Shown one piece after another: positions 23,024-34,719 of a stretch of 64,000 bases of DNA; position 1 is the stretch's first letter; every line of letters begins with the position of its first letter. This DNA is from Lingula anatina (taxonomy: Eukaryota > Animalia > Brachiopoda). Position numbers and translations under genes: made by a program. The stretch lies in the NCBI GenBank assembly GCA_051362555.1, contig CM120647.1:15786651-15850650 (forward strand), written 5' to 3'. Under the pieces are notes generated by a model. That model had not been told where the DNA came from, ran no database searches, and was given only the letters and a program-made list of their open reading frames with translations.

Positions 23024-26000
23024 TTGTAAACAGTTTGTGTCCGGCTTGTGTGAGAGAGATTGGTATTATTCGTTGGCACTGAGATACTGTATTTGTTAAT
23101 GTCGCCAAAAAGGTGAATTTCTCATCCCATCAAAATATTTCAAATATTTCATCCAACTCTTCCACTGTCATCCCAATACTACGCTTTCTCGTAAAATTAC
23201 AATATTATAACTAGCAAGTTGCAAGAACGATCGAGTACCCTGATGCTGAAAATTTAATCGCAACATGTAAAGTAGCTGTGCGCGTTCTTTATTGCGACCT
23301 TGCTGACATTTGCCATATCTATTCCTTAGCAGAATTAACACAGGGAGTAACACGTACAGGTTTGGGCGTATAATGAAGCACACTTATTCGAAAATCTCTA
23401 TTTTTCGAAATAATTCAAAAATAAAACATGCAGTTGGTGTACGTCAGACGGAAAAGAGTCAATTAAGGTTGGTAATGTACAGTAAACATGCACAGTCTGT
23501 TACATGAGATTTTGCAACAAGTTTATGTTTATGTAATGATTCTAGTTTATTTATATCTGGAAATTGATCCTAACATTTAAACAAAAAAAACGCAGTTCAC
23601 ATTTTACCTTATTAAAGGCGTTCTGAATAAATGGACACGAGGTAAACAAAACTAGTACTGTCAAATTAACATTCATACACTCTTGCTATGATTATATGAA
23701 ACGTTTTGAAAATTTATGATTTGATATTCATTTTTGATTTCAATGTGACAGTTGTCGAAAGAAATCTGACATAGAGTTGTCTTAAACAGAGAGGCTGTAA
23801 TGAGTAGCAAAAGTGAAAATGAATTACATTCATTTGATGCAGCAAAGAAATTTTAAGTACACTTTCGCCGATCTTGATACTGGTGCTGGTGCTTCGGCGG
23901 CAATGTTTGTTATGCCCCTATTTCACACAGACCACGAATCACATGAATGGCCATGAATTGAAAAATTTCTCGATTCGTGGTTGAATCGTAATCAGTTCGT
24001 GAAGTTCTTAACAGATTCGTATATATTCGTAGTCAGTTCTTGCACTTCTTGACCAACAGGAATTGGTGGAAAAAACTTTGATGCCCCTATTTCACACAGA
24101 CCACGAATCCCACGAATCGCCAGGAATTGAAAATTTCAGGATTCGTGGTTGAATCGTAATCAGTTCGTGAAGTTCTTAACAGATTCGTATATAATCGTAG
24201 TCACTTCTTGCAATTCTTGATCAATCGGGAATTCGTGGCAAAATTTTTGAGCTGTTCAAAGTTTTGGCCACGAACTCCCGATTCCAAAAAATCGAAGTGA
24301 ATTTCTGGACAATATTCGTGCGATTCCAGCCGAATCCCACGAACATTCGTAACACTATCGCACCTGTATCGTAACTGAATCGTAGAGCGTGTCGAATTAG
24401 ACCAGAAAATTGGCAAAATCTCACGATTCCAGCCGAATCCCACGAATATTCGTAACACTATCGCACCTGTATCGTAACTGAATCGTCAGCGTGTCGAATT
24501 AGACCAGAAAATTGGCAAAATCTCACGAATCCTCACGAATCCTGAAATTTGTCAATTCCTGGCGATTCGTGGGATTCTTGGTCTGTGTGAAATAGGGGCC
24601 TTACATGTATGAGAATAGAAGTGGTAGCAAGAAGAAGAGCTAATTAGCCGACAATGTACCGGTATCTGCACATATGTACTTGCATATCTGGTACTACACA
24701 AAGCTGACTTATTTAAACAAAGAGAATTCATTTTTCAGTAGATATAGAAAAATATGTGAAATTTACCGGTCAATATTTCGTCTGCTGACCGTCAGGTTTT
24801 AACGGGGAAATAAAGACTGTGATAGACATTACAACCCATCGCCCCTCAGGTTTGAGGTGCACTGGTTCTGTTTAATTTGTTCTTACGGTAGTATATATAA
24901 ATTTTCACCATCATGAACTTATAAGTGGCACTTAACGTTTAAACAAGCCATGTATCATGAAAAAATTAATAATAGCACTATTAATCTAATTGACGCATGC
25001 AGTCTATCCTAGCTTCTCTCCTGGTTATATGCGATGAAATAATCACAAATGGTGTCAAAACACTACCGCCGGCAATACATTATATTTTAAAAAACATACA
25101 TTAGCATTTTCATTAGCATCAATTATGCAGTATTAACTGTCATGTGCTTTTTAGTAAAGGGGGAAGCTAAATTGTTCGAAGCAGTTAATCGTAAAATCTG
25201 AATTTAGATGGTGAATTTAAAAAACTTGACTAACAACAGACCCAATTTAATTTAGGGCACGTTATTTTTAATATGATTTTATCAATTCAAGAGGATCCTT
25301 ATTTGTCTTTTTTTAAATGGTTTACACAAAAGGGTGTTTTGTGTTCCACCCTTCCCGGCCTTCATTACTCTAAAATTAACAATTTAAATTGGCTTCAACC
25401 GCCCTTGTTTATCGTTTGGCAACCAAAGAGACATAACCAGTGATAAAAGAACGCTCTTAGTATCGCGAATCTAAGATTTCCCCCGCTTGAGTTGGCAGGG
25501 GAGAAGGATAAAAGAAGCGAGCGGCAGCGTTGGGCGTCTCACTGCTTCCTACCGTTGACAGGTTTGCAGGTAAGGTAAGAGACATATAATAAGGCCAGTC
25601 AGTTTGTAGTCTCAACCATAAGCTTATCATTTTCATGGTATCTACTCGGTTTTGCTTTTCGGGAGATAAATGTAAGACGTTCGTGTATGGGCGGTGGAAA
25701 GGGACGGATAAAAAGGAATCTATTTTTTTTTCTCGACTGACCATTGCAAATCCCTTTACCACACATTCTCTTGATAAAAGAGTGGACAATTTCAACAGGA
25801 GGTGATTTACTATATTTATCATTACATATGAAAGAGCTACATGAGCTACATAAGCCAACCTGATGTAATTCTTTTATTGGATAGATTTTTTTTATTTTAA
25901 TCTAGACATATTCCTGAATGATGCAAAGTGTTAGTTTTCGGTTCACAATGAAGATCATTCAAGTGTGCCTAGCTCTGATAGGCGCTGCCTACGCTCATTT

Positions 26001-26030
26001 ACCTATTGGTAAGTTTTTAAAAAAGAACTG
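22514..26030 (+). repeat. Segmental duplication, unit 2 (last exon of C, intergenic DNA, first exons of D)
   Basis: Colinear with 14595-17860 apart from copy-specific transposon insertions and small indels. Confidence 0.9.
23913..24600. mobile_element. Harbinger-type MITE with a duplicated left end and an internal ~100-bp tandem duplication
   Basis: TIR GCCCCTATTTCACACAGACC at both ends and again at ~24083; TTA TSD; empty paralogous site TTGTTATGAGAATAG near 16100. Confidence 0.85.
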
Positions 26031-29000
26031 TTAAACTGTTGTATCGATGTTATTGTGACTAGTACATGTAATTGTTTTTTATCGCCACGTTTGGAGGACA
26101 AACAATCAAGGACTTGGAATGCAATCACAAAGGGGGAAATATTAAAGAAAACTAGCAGTATTTATTTCCATTCGATTAACACAATATTAAACAAATAAAG
26201 TATAAAATTATTTTTTAGGAGAAGTTGAGAAACGATGCCTGGTGGACAAACCGCACGTGTCACAAGGTGTCGCTTACGTCGCGGACGTCGATTGCGCCTA
26301 TTACTGGCAGTGTGACTTCGCCAACACCCTACTGAAAAATGTCACCCTAAAATCTTGTCCCATCGGAACGCTGTGGGCCTCCATCGCGAGTTTAGGAACC
26401 CCACCAGCGCCGGGCCAGGAACCCGTGGTTTGTGTCAACTGCGGGCTACAACCCGACCCTGTGTGTCAAGCCCAGCATCCCCTCGGGTCGGAACAGTGTC
26501 CACATCGTATGTGTCATCTCATACTAATTCTTTTTTTTTTTTACTTTTATTATTATTATTTTTTATTATTATTTTTTTCGTACATTGTGTTCACAACTAT
26601 GACTTCTTTGTGGAAAAAAAGATGTTGCAAATTTTTTTCTCACAAATGTTGGTGAAGTTATTAAGATAGAAAGATATTTATTAAAAGAAATTATGCAATT
26701 CTAACGTAACCCGGGTCGCCTTTTTTGGACATTTAATAATTTTTTGTTTTGATTATTAGAAATGCTCAATCTTCCTGATGGTTTGTCCTGTAGATAACGG
26801 TATTTTTCTGCGACTTACCGACCATTGGTCTTCCTGTCCTGATACTCACGCTTAAAGTGATTTTCTTCAAATCCCTCCATCATTTCAAGCACTTCCGTCG
26901 TGCGCGTTTAAAAACTGTATCAAGATGGTTGACGGAGGGTGAGGTTTAATTGCCACGAAGTGGCGACATTAATTCACAGGGGTATCTGTTAAAATGATAT
27001 ACCTTCAAATTCAACAGGAATTATATTAATAGTTAAGCGGTTTATGTACTTAACGTGTGTTTAAATCTGTGTTTTAATCTTATATTCCGTCCCTTTAGTG
27101 TGTATATTATATTATATTATATTATATTATATTATATTATATTATATTATATTATATTTAGCTCCACCTCCGGCAATAACTACAATGGAAGCGCCGCCTC
27201 CTCTTGGGCCGAGTAAGTTTATTTCATTTATAAATAATTTATTAGTCAATTACAATCAGATGGGTCTTATATTCTTTCAAGGCTTCAGGCTTTGTTTTTT
27301 AATCGTTTTAATATTTCTGATTTAATTCGTACGAGATTTGACATTTGTATTGACTAATATTTAAGAGCCGGTCTGGAAAGATATTTAAAACTGGACGGAA
27401 CAGCTGATAAATATATATATATATATAGGCGCATCAATATAGTTAGGGATCATGAAGAAAAAGAACCAAAAAAATGAAATTCGTGAAAGTTGTTTATCAT
27501 GAGAATTTGTTCATTAAAAAGACATTTACTTGGAGTCTAACATTGAGTGTACAAAAAGTAGATGTAATGCATAAATTAAATCACTTAATTGGAAACAAAA
27601 CTATTTAACATACTCTACTGGGTGATTTAAATCTCATACAGGAGATGGTGGCAGGTGGAACTAATTTGTCCAGTTTATATCATTTCAACGTAGAAACGTC
27701 ATTAAATTGCTTTATTTTTAAAGAAAAGCAGAATTTATACAGTTAGATAATTTTACGTAATATACATTTCATTTACATGAAATTCATATTACTTGTAATG
27801 GCTTATTAAGGTTGGCTATATATTCCTATAAGGACATTGTGATGGATTGACTGTGCGGTGAAAAGAGACAAAATCACAGTATGATGTATATGAATACTAT
27901 TAATTTTAACTACAAATAGTGAAAAACGCTTTCGGCCATTACTCGATATTTTGATCACCTTGACGTATAATGCTGATTTAGAGTTGAGCTCCCCCTCTCC
28001 CCACCTGTCCACTATAAGGGATTTAAGTAAGATCTGTGGATAGAATGGCTTTCCTTTGTGAGAACGAAGGTTGTATTTCTTCCAGAAAGATGCACACTAA
28101 TGCCTCAGAATTTGGAGTTTCAAGAAATTGTGGGAGAAGTAAGCAAAGTTTGGTTCCTAAGACCAAAACAAACGTATGACTGTGGACATCTCATCTTTGA
28201 CTTTGTCGACTGTGTTTGCCTCGGGGCAAGTAAGTTGTATGAATATGTATTTTAAAAAAGTTTTATAAAATACATGTAGCTGAATATTAAAGCGCATCCT
28301 TCAAAACAGATCTTTTGTTTAATGAGATTAACAATAAAGAGTTTTCATTGGTATTCATCGGTAGTTTTACTGTATGTACATTTACTTATATAATTAGCCT
28401 CGCAATCACAGGGATCGAAATAACTCGATTGGTCAACGGAGGAGATTTTTTCTTCAGCGCTGGATTGTTGACAAATAAACACCAAAAATGTTTCTCAAGT
28501 TTTGATGAAAACTTCAGGATAATCATTTCTTTGAGACTGAAAAAGAAGATTTAGATTTTAACTGAAAACAATTAAGCCATCCAATTTTTAAAACAATTTT
28601 CATTTGCTTTTCCTTTGAGCAGGACTATGCTTTTTTATCCTCTCGGTGTTAAAATATATGCTGTTTTACTATCCTTTCAGATATGTACCCAATTATTTGG
28701 AATTTTTTTCTGCATGTCAACTCGGAGAGTAACAGAATTTTTGGTTCCAAAAATGGCTCTGTGGGTTTGTCTGGTAATGGTTGCATGATATTGGACGGTA
28801 CTGGTGGGTGCTTTTTATTTATCTGAATAAGATTGAATAAACTATTTAGAAGCTTTTTTTTATTTTTTAACAATTTTTATTCGAAAGAAATGGAGGCAAA
28901 GCGCTATAAAAGCATTAGATGCTCTCCATATATATATATAATAACTGCAAAGATTTTAGTATTGGAACACAAAAGTTACCAGAAATAATAAATACAGAAA

Positions 29001-32000
29001 GAAAGAAAATAAAAGAAAAAGATCGTAACTAAATTACGTATACAACACAACTAAATACAATTAAGATTACATTAACAACAAAGAAAATTATATGAAATCA
29101 TAAAATGAAGTCAGTTAGGTCAATAAATGAATGGTTGTTTATAAATGAATGCATTTATTTATTTGTTTATTTGTTTGTTTGTTTTTAATACTCTCCATAC
29201 TGGCAGGTCTTACCGATAAGTGCTCTATTTTGTTCATAACTGTCAGACATCTTTGAAATGAGATTGCATATAAATCAGTGAACTGATGTTATCATTCTTT
29301 TCTTTTTCATTATAATGAGTATAACTGATGTTATCATTCTTTTCTTTTTCATTATAATGAGTATCTACCCTCTACCAGGGCGACAGATTGATTTTCCACA
29401 GATATTCACAGATATTTCTCTAAGGGTGCTTTCCCAGAGATTTAGATAGATCTAGAGATTAAGATTTAGATCGACCTAACCCCCCATGAGTTCAAGCTAA
29501 ATTGCAGTCAGCCGAGCGGGCACCATAGTTAATTACCCCCTTACAGCTTTTAGTAGGCGGGACAGACGCTTAAGCCGGCCAAGCTGACAGTAATCTAGTG
29601 AGACTCCCCACAGGGATAGATCGATCTAAAAATATATGGAAATGGGGTCTAAGCAAATAGACGGTCATTTTGGTCTATATATCTAGAGACATATCTGTGA
29701 CCATCTATTTATCTAGAGACATGTCAATGAATATCTGTGGAAAATCAATCTGTCGCCCTGGTAGAGGGTTATGAGTCTCTACGGTTTTATATACAAGGCG
29801 GACTTCAAATCCCATTCTTCAAAAACATGGGACCTAAGACAAGCTGGATTGTTGGCATTGTCTTCAACAGACCCGTGGATCAGCACTCCACTATTATGTA
29901 CAGAACTCCTTTCATCTCCATAAACGGTGACGAGGTCTCTGTGTCTGTAGAAGTCAGGGACACGATCACTATGGTCACCGCCACTCTGACTGTCTCAGTT
30001 GTCGTACGTTTATTGAGATAATTCATTTCTTGGCTATGTTTATCCAGCTTTTTTGTTAATTTAGATGTGTATTCATGTTCTTTATTTTCGCTGAAGCTTG
30101 TCAATTGGCATTTAAGCCACCGTATCAGCAGCATATTGATTGACCGATTCAAAACAATATTTAACTGGTATAAGTTATTCACTAGACCTGATATTTTGTA
30201 GGGAATGTCTGACCGACTTGGTCATGGGTGTGACTATATTTATACACTCTTGCCCAAAATGGTTGGTACACGGAAATTTTGGTATGCATATCGCCCTGTT
30301 TCTTTCATTATTATTAATATTATCAAATTAATAATGTTTATATTGTTAAATATGTGAAGCTGGAGGATTGGTAAAGTCAAGGAGAAACAAACAATGCAAA
30401 TGTGAAAAAAGCATTAATTTATTTAGGTTTTTTTTTTTCTCATGCCCCCCAAAAGAGTACATTTTTAACATAACAGTACCAAGGGAAAAATTAAACAAAA
30501 ATTTATACTGTGATTGACAATTAATATGAAATTAGGGGAAATTGTCAAGAAACATCTTCAGAGTTCATTATTAATCTAAATAGCGGGTATGCCCACCCCG
30601 AGCTTGGATAATGGCCGCCAGACGGCGTGGCATACTGTGAACTAGAGTAACAGCTTTTTGGAAAGGAATTCTGGTCCATTCATCTTAAAGGGCATCTCGC
30701 CGTTCATCTAGTTTTGCAGGGGGAGGGTTTCTCCTCTGAATAGCACAACCAAGTTCGTCCCACATGTGCTCAATTGAGCTATGAAAGTGCGTAGGCTCCC
30801 TGGGGAGAGGCTATTAACTAAAAATATTCAGGAAACAATAGCTGGAGGAGGTGGTTCTGTACATGTTTGGGGTGCCATTTGCAGCAGCGGTATTTGCCCA
30901 TTGTCTCCTTTGGATGAAAACCTTAACGCTGCCAGATACAGAGACATTCTCCAGCAGAACCTGGAGCCGTTTGAAAGAGGGATATACAGAGACAATTTTA
31001 GATTGTAACATGACAACCCAACTCCCCATACAGCCCGCTTAATGCAAACCCAATTGAGCACATGTGGGTCGAACTTGGTTGTGCTATTCAGAGGAGAAAC
31101 CCTCCCCCTGCAAAACTAGATGAACGGCGAGATGCCCTTTAAGATGAATGGACCAGAATTCCTTTCCAAAAAGCTGTACCTCTAGTTCACAGTATGCCAC
31201 GCCGTCTGGCGGCCATTATCCAAGCTCGGGGTGGGCATACCCGCTATTTAGATTAATAATGAACTCTGAAGATGTTTCTTGACAATTTCTCCTAATTTCA
31301 TATTAATTGCCAATCACAGTATAAATTTATGTTTAATTTTTCACTTGGTACTGTTATGTAAAAATGTACTCTTTTGGGGGGGCATGAGAAAAGAATACTA
31401 AATAAATTAACGCTTTTTTCACATTTGCATTGTTTGTTTCTCCTTGACTTTACCAATCCTCCAGCTTCACATATTTAACAATATAAACAGTATTAATTTG
31501 ATAACATTAATAATAATGAAAGAAACAGGGCGATATGCATCTTAAAATTTCCGTGTACCAACCATTTTGGGCAAGAGTGTATAAGCTAAGGCCAGGGGTC
31601 ATTATCTTAGGTCAGGGATCAAAACCGCAGATCAGAGGTCATTACCTCAGGTCAGATGTCATTAACTTAGGTCAGGGATCGTAGTCGCAGGTCAGGGGTC
31701 ATAACCTCATAATCTTATTTTATATTTAGTTAATTTGTTTACTTGGTCTTAGTTCGCTCGTGCAGCTGTAAGCACAGTACGCGAATTTGGATAAACTATT
31801 TGTAAATTAATTTATAGAAACGTGGGTATTATATACGAAAAGTCATGTACATTACATGTATCAATGCAGGCACCTGGGCCCGGGTATATACTTGTGATAG
31901 TGAGATGGTACGGCAACACCTTAACCCTTACCGTATTCGTGGATGGCATTTTGTACCAGGACTCTGTTGAAACCCCAGGTAATATATGGAAGGCCGATAA

Positions 32001-32106
32001 AAACCTGTTTATCCTGCAAGCAAAAGACGTTATTATAACGTTATCATAGCGTGTATATAACCCAAAAACATTATGGTAACGTTTGTTTTTAGGTAGTCAA
32101 TGTCTG

Positions 32107-32157
<51 letters not shown>

Positions 32158-32649
32158 TTTATTATTTTATTATTATTATTATTATTATTATTATGATTAT
32201 TATTATTGCTGTTTATGATCGTGTTTTTTTTCTTTTTTTTCTTTTTTTTTTTTGTTCATGTATGCGGTTTACAAATATTTATCAACACCGACGATACAAT
32301 ATATATATTTTTTAGATGACACTTTTCCATGGGCTATTATTTTCCCACCCGCAGAACCTCTGTTTGTGGGGCACGTACCAAGAAGCTTTGTTGGCGAAAT
32401 TTGTTTGGTGAGTACACTACAGCTACTAGGATTTAGCTAAGGGGTTTTCGTCCACACGGATATAAACTATTTCCGTGGGATGGAAATTTTCACAGTTCAG
32501 GAGGGAACACGTGCTTGTGCGCATTTCCTCCTATTCTTTAATCTTAATTTATCTATTTTCAGCTTTACTTCACCGACAAATGGTTTTCCGGCGCTGTTTC
32601 TATAAGATCCGATATCCTCCTTTATTACATCGGCCCACCGTTTGGATAA
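25948..32649 (+). CDS. Array copy D, 386 aa; exons 25948-26008, 26219-26506, 27162-27212, 28086-28229, 28681-28803, 29798-30003, 31870-31978, 32316-32407, 32563-32649
   Basis: GT-AG junctions between coding exons, 1161 nt open; the acceptor before the ATG exon is mutated (TTTTCGG), with an alternative TTAG about 7 nt upstream. Confidence 0.82.
28853..29040 (-). mobile_element. Retroposon 3'-tail fragment, same family as 34102-34361
   Basis: Shares GAAATGGAGGCAAAGCGCTA..CTCTCCA and CACAAAAGTTAC..GATCGTAACTA after a T-rich start. Confidence 0.5.
29367..29769. mobile_element. MITE with ~45-bp TIRs in intron 5 of copy D (superfamily uncertain)
   Basis: ACCCTCTACCAGGGCGACAGATTGATTTTCCACAGATATTCA and its reverse complement at the other end; TSD ambiguous. 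Confidence 0.75.
30245..31579. mobile_element. Palindromic Tc1-derived element: two inverted ~530-bp right arms around a DDE transposase fragment
   Basis: TA on both sides; arms 30245-30776 and 31051-31579 are reverse complements and encode the Tc1 C-terminus (IEHMW.ELG..SMPRRLAAIIQARGGHTRY); the spacer encodes GGGSVHVWGAI..LNAARYRDIL..HDN. Confidence 0.9.
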
Positions 32650-33445
32650 GTATTGGCTATCGATAATGATATCAGACCCCCAGCAAAGCGAGAAACGGCG
32701 ACAACCTCGTCCTGCGAACAGAACATCTATTTAGAACAGCTAGGACTCATAAGTTCCAATGATGATTTTTGGCAATCGGATGTAGAACTGGATTCCTAAA
32801 AAATAAAGCGTGGGCTTACTTGGCACGTTTCTTGTTGCTGGAAAAATTTTCTTTTACGAAGACGATGTCTAAATTTTTGACGTAATTTTTCCATAGTGCA
32901 TCAGACGTAAAATCCTGTTTTAAAAGCAGGGATTGCGAATAAACTTTAAAAGAATTTCAAATGGTTTATTTGTTTTGAATTACATCTTTTTTTCAGTACA
33001 CGTATGTGTGTGTGTGTGAGAGAAAGAGGGAGAAAGCGAGGGAGCGATTAAGTGCCATGATTTTAAGTAAAAGTGATAAAAACGTACATTAAGGCCGTTT
33101 TGAGTACACATTTCTCATCCAATTAAAATATCAAATGTTTTATTCAACTTCCCATCGTCATTCCAACATGGTATCTATAATAAACGTAAACAAAACAGCC
33201 AACAAATTTAAAAAAAAAACGATTACCTTTATTGAATATGCTAAAACTTTGAAAACGTTTGAGGTCACAACGGCTTTTTTTTCATTAAATCACGCTTACA
33301 TGTATGCAAATGTTACATATACATGAATTTATATATTTTAAAGCATCCAAAATGAAGTCGATAATGTTATTCTTCTTAGAATAATATTCTGATTCTTACT
33401 TATATGGAAAAAGGGATACTTTTTTATAAATAACACCCGTCGTAG

Positions 33446-33501
<56 letters not shown>

Positions 33502-34101
33502 GTCGATTTGCCATTAGTCTCTGGTACGATCGACTATCGGTGCACATCAGCTCCGAGATTGTGTCGCTAATGGCGTGGAAGCACTTTCAGTCCCACTGCC
33601 ATCTCGCGTAATCTCGCTCGCGGTTTCATGCCATCGGCCGTAAAACACGTTGCTAACTCTAAGCTTACTAAGCGCATGTTTTATAATGTGATTTCGTGAC
33701 AACAAGAAGAACACTTTTTTCTCGTCCCAATTTTATTACCAAATTATGTTTCTGCACTATTTCATAAAAAAATCTTGTGTGTGTGTGTGTGTATGTGTTT
33801 TCCTCTCAAATAAAAGTACACAATGCTAAACTGACATTCTGCATATCTATAAATAATATGATTTTATTTGTCGGACGCCTCACTACGGAAACATGAATAT
33901 ATAAGGGTAGTGAGGTGAGGACGTACATTTCACATATCATATGTGACTAAATCTTCTCGAAAGTTTCAATTAGTGAAGGTATAAATAAGCACTTCACTTC
34001 AGTGCACTTCAAAAAAACTATATATTGGAATGGTAAGGCAGTGCTTGATACAAATGACAGGTATACTTCGGGTTCACAGCTGAAAGGTAAGGAATAGGAA
34101 T

Positions 34102-34361
34102 TTTTTTCTTTTAACAAAACAAGTTTATTAGAAAGAAATGGAGGCAAATGGAGGCAAAGCGCTAAAAGTATTAAATACTCTCCACAAAATTAAATAAGTA
34201 AATAAATAAAACAAATGGATACGTATATACAACAGAATAAATGTATAACTTCAAATATTTCAGTATGGAGCACAAAAGTTACAAGAAATAATTAAGTACA
34301 GAAAGAAAGAATAAAAGGAAGAAAAAAAGGATCGTAACTAGTTTATGTATACAACATTGTT
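34102..34361 (-). mobile_element. Short retroposon insertion (3' tail) at the leader-exon donor of copy E
   Basis: 15-bp TSD GTAAGGAATAGGAAT at 34087-34101 and 34362-34376; AATAAA and an A-rich tail on the - strand. Confidence 0.7.
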
Positions 34362-34719
34362 GTAAGGAATAGGAATAGTTATACCTGAACACTTGAGGCC
34401 TCGATCAGAAGTTTAACACATGGTTTTTTTTTCCTTTTTTTTTCTTTTCAAATTTTAATCTTATTTATAAGAATTTTGTATTAAAGATATGGAGAGTTGG
34501 AGAGAGGGGTGTAATAAGTTTCTGTCCTATACTGATTAAGATGTTAGGATATAAGATTTTCGAGGTGATCCATAAATTAAATGATTTTAAAAAGGTGCTC
34601 TGTAGGAGATATTTTGCTGCTTTGTAAGTAACTTTTTTAGAAAGAGCTGGATTTTTTTCTACTTTCAGTGAAGCTAAAACGCTATTAAATGAAGAAAGTG
34701 CTTTTGTTTTCAGTTCACA

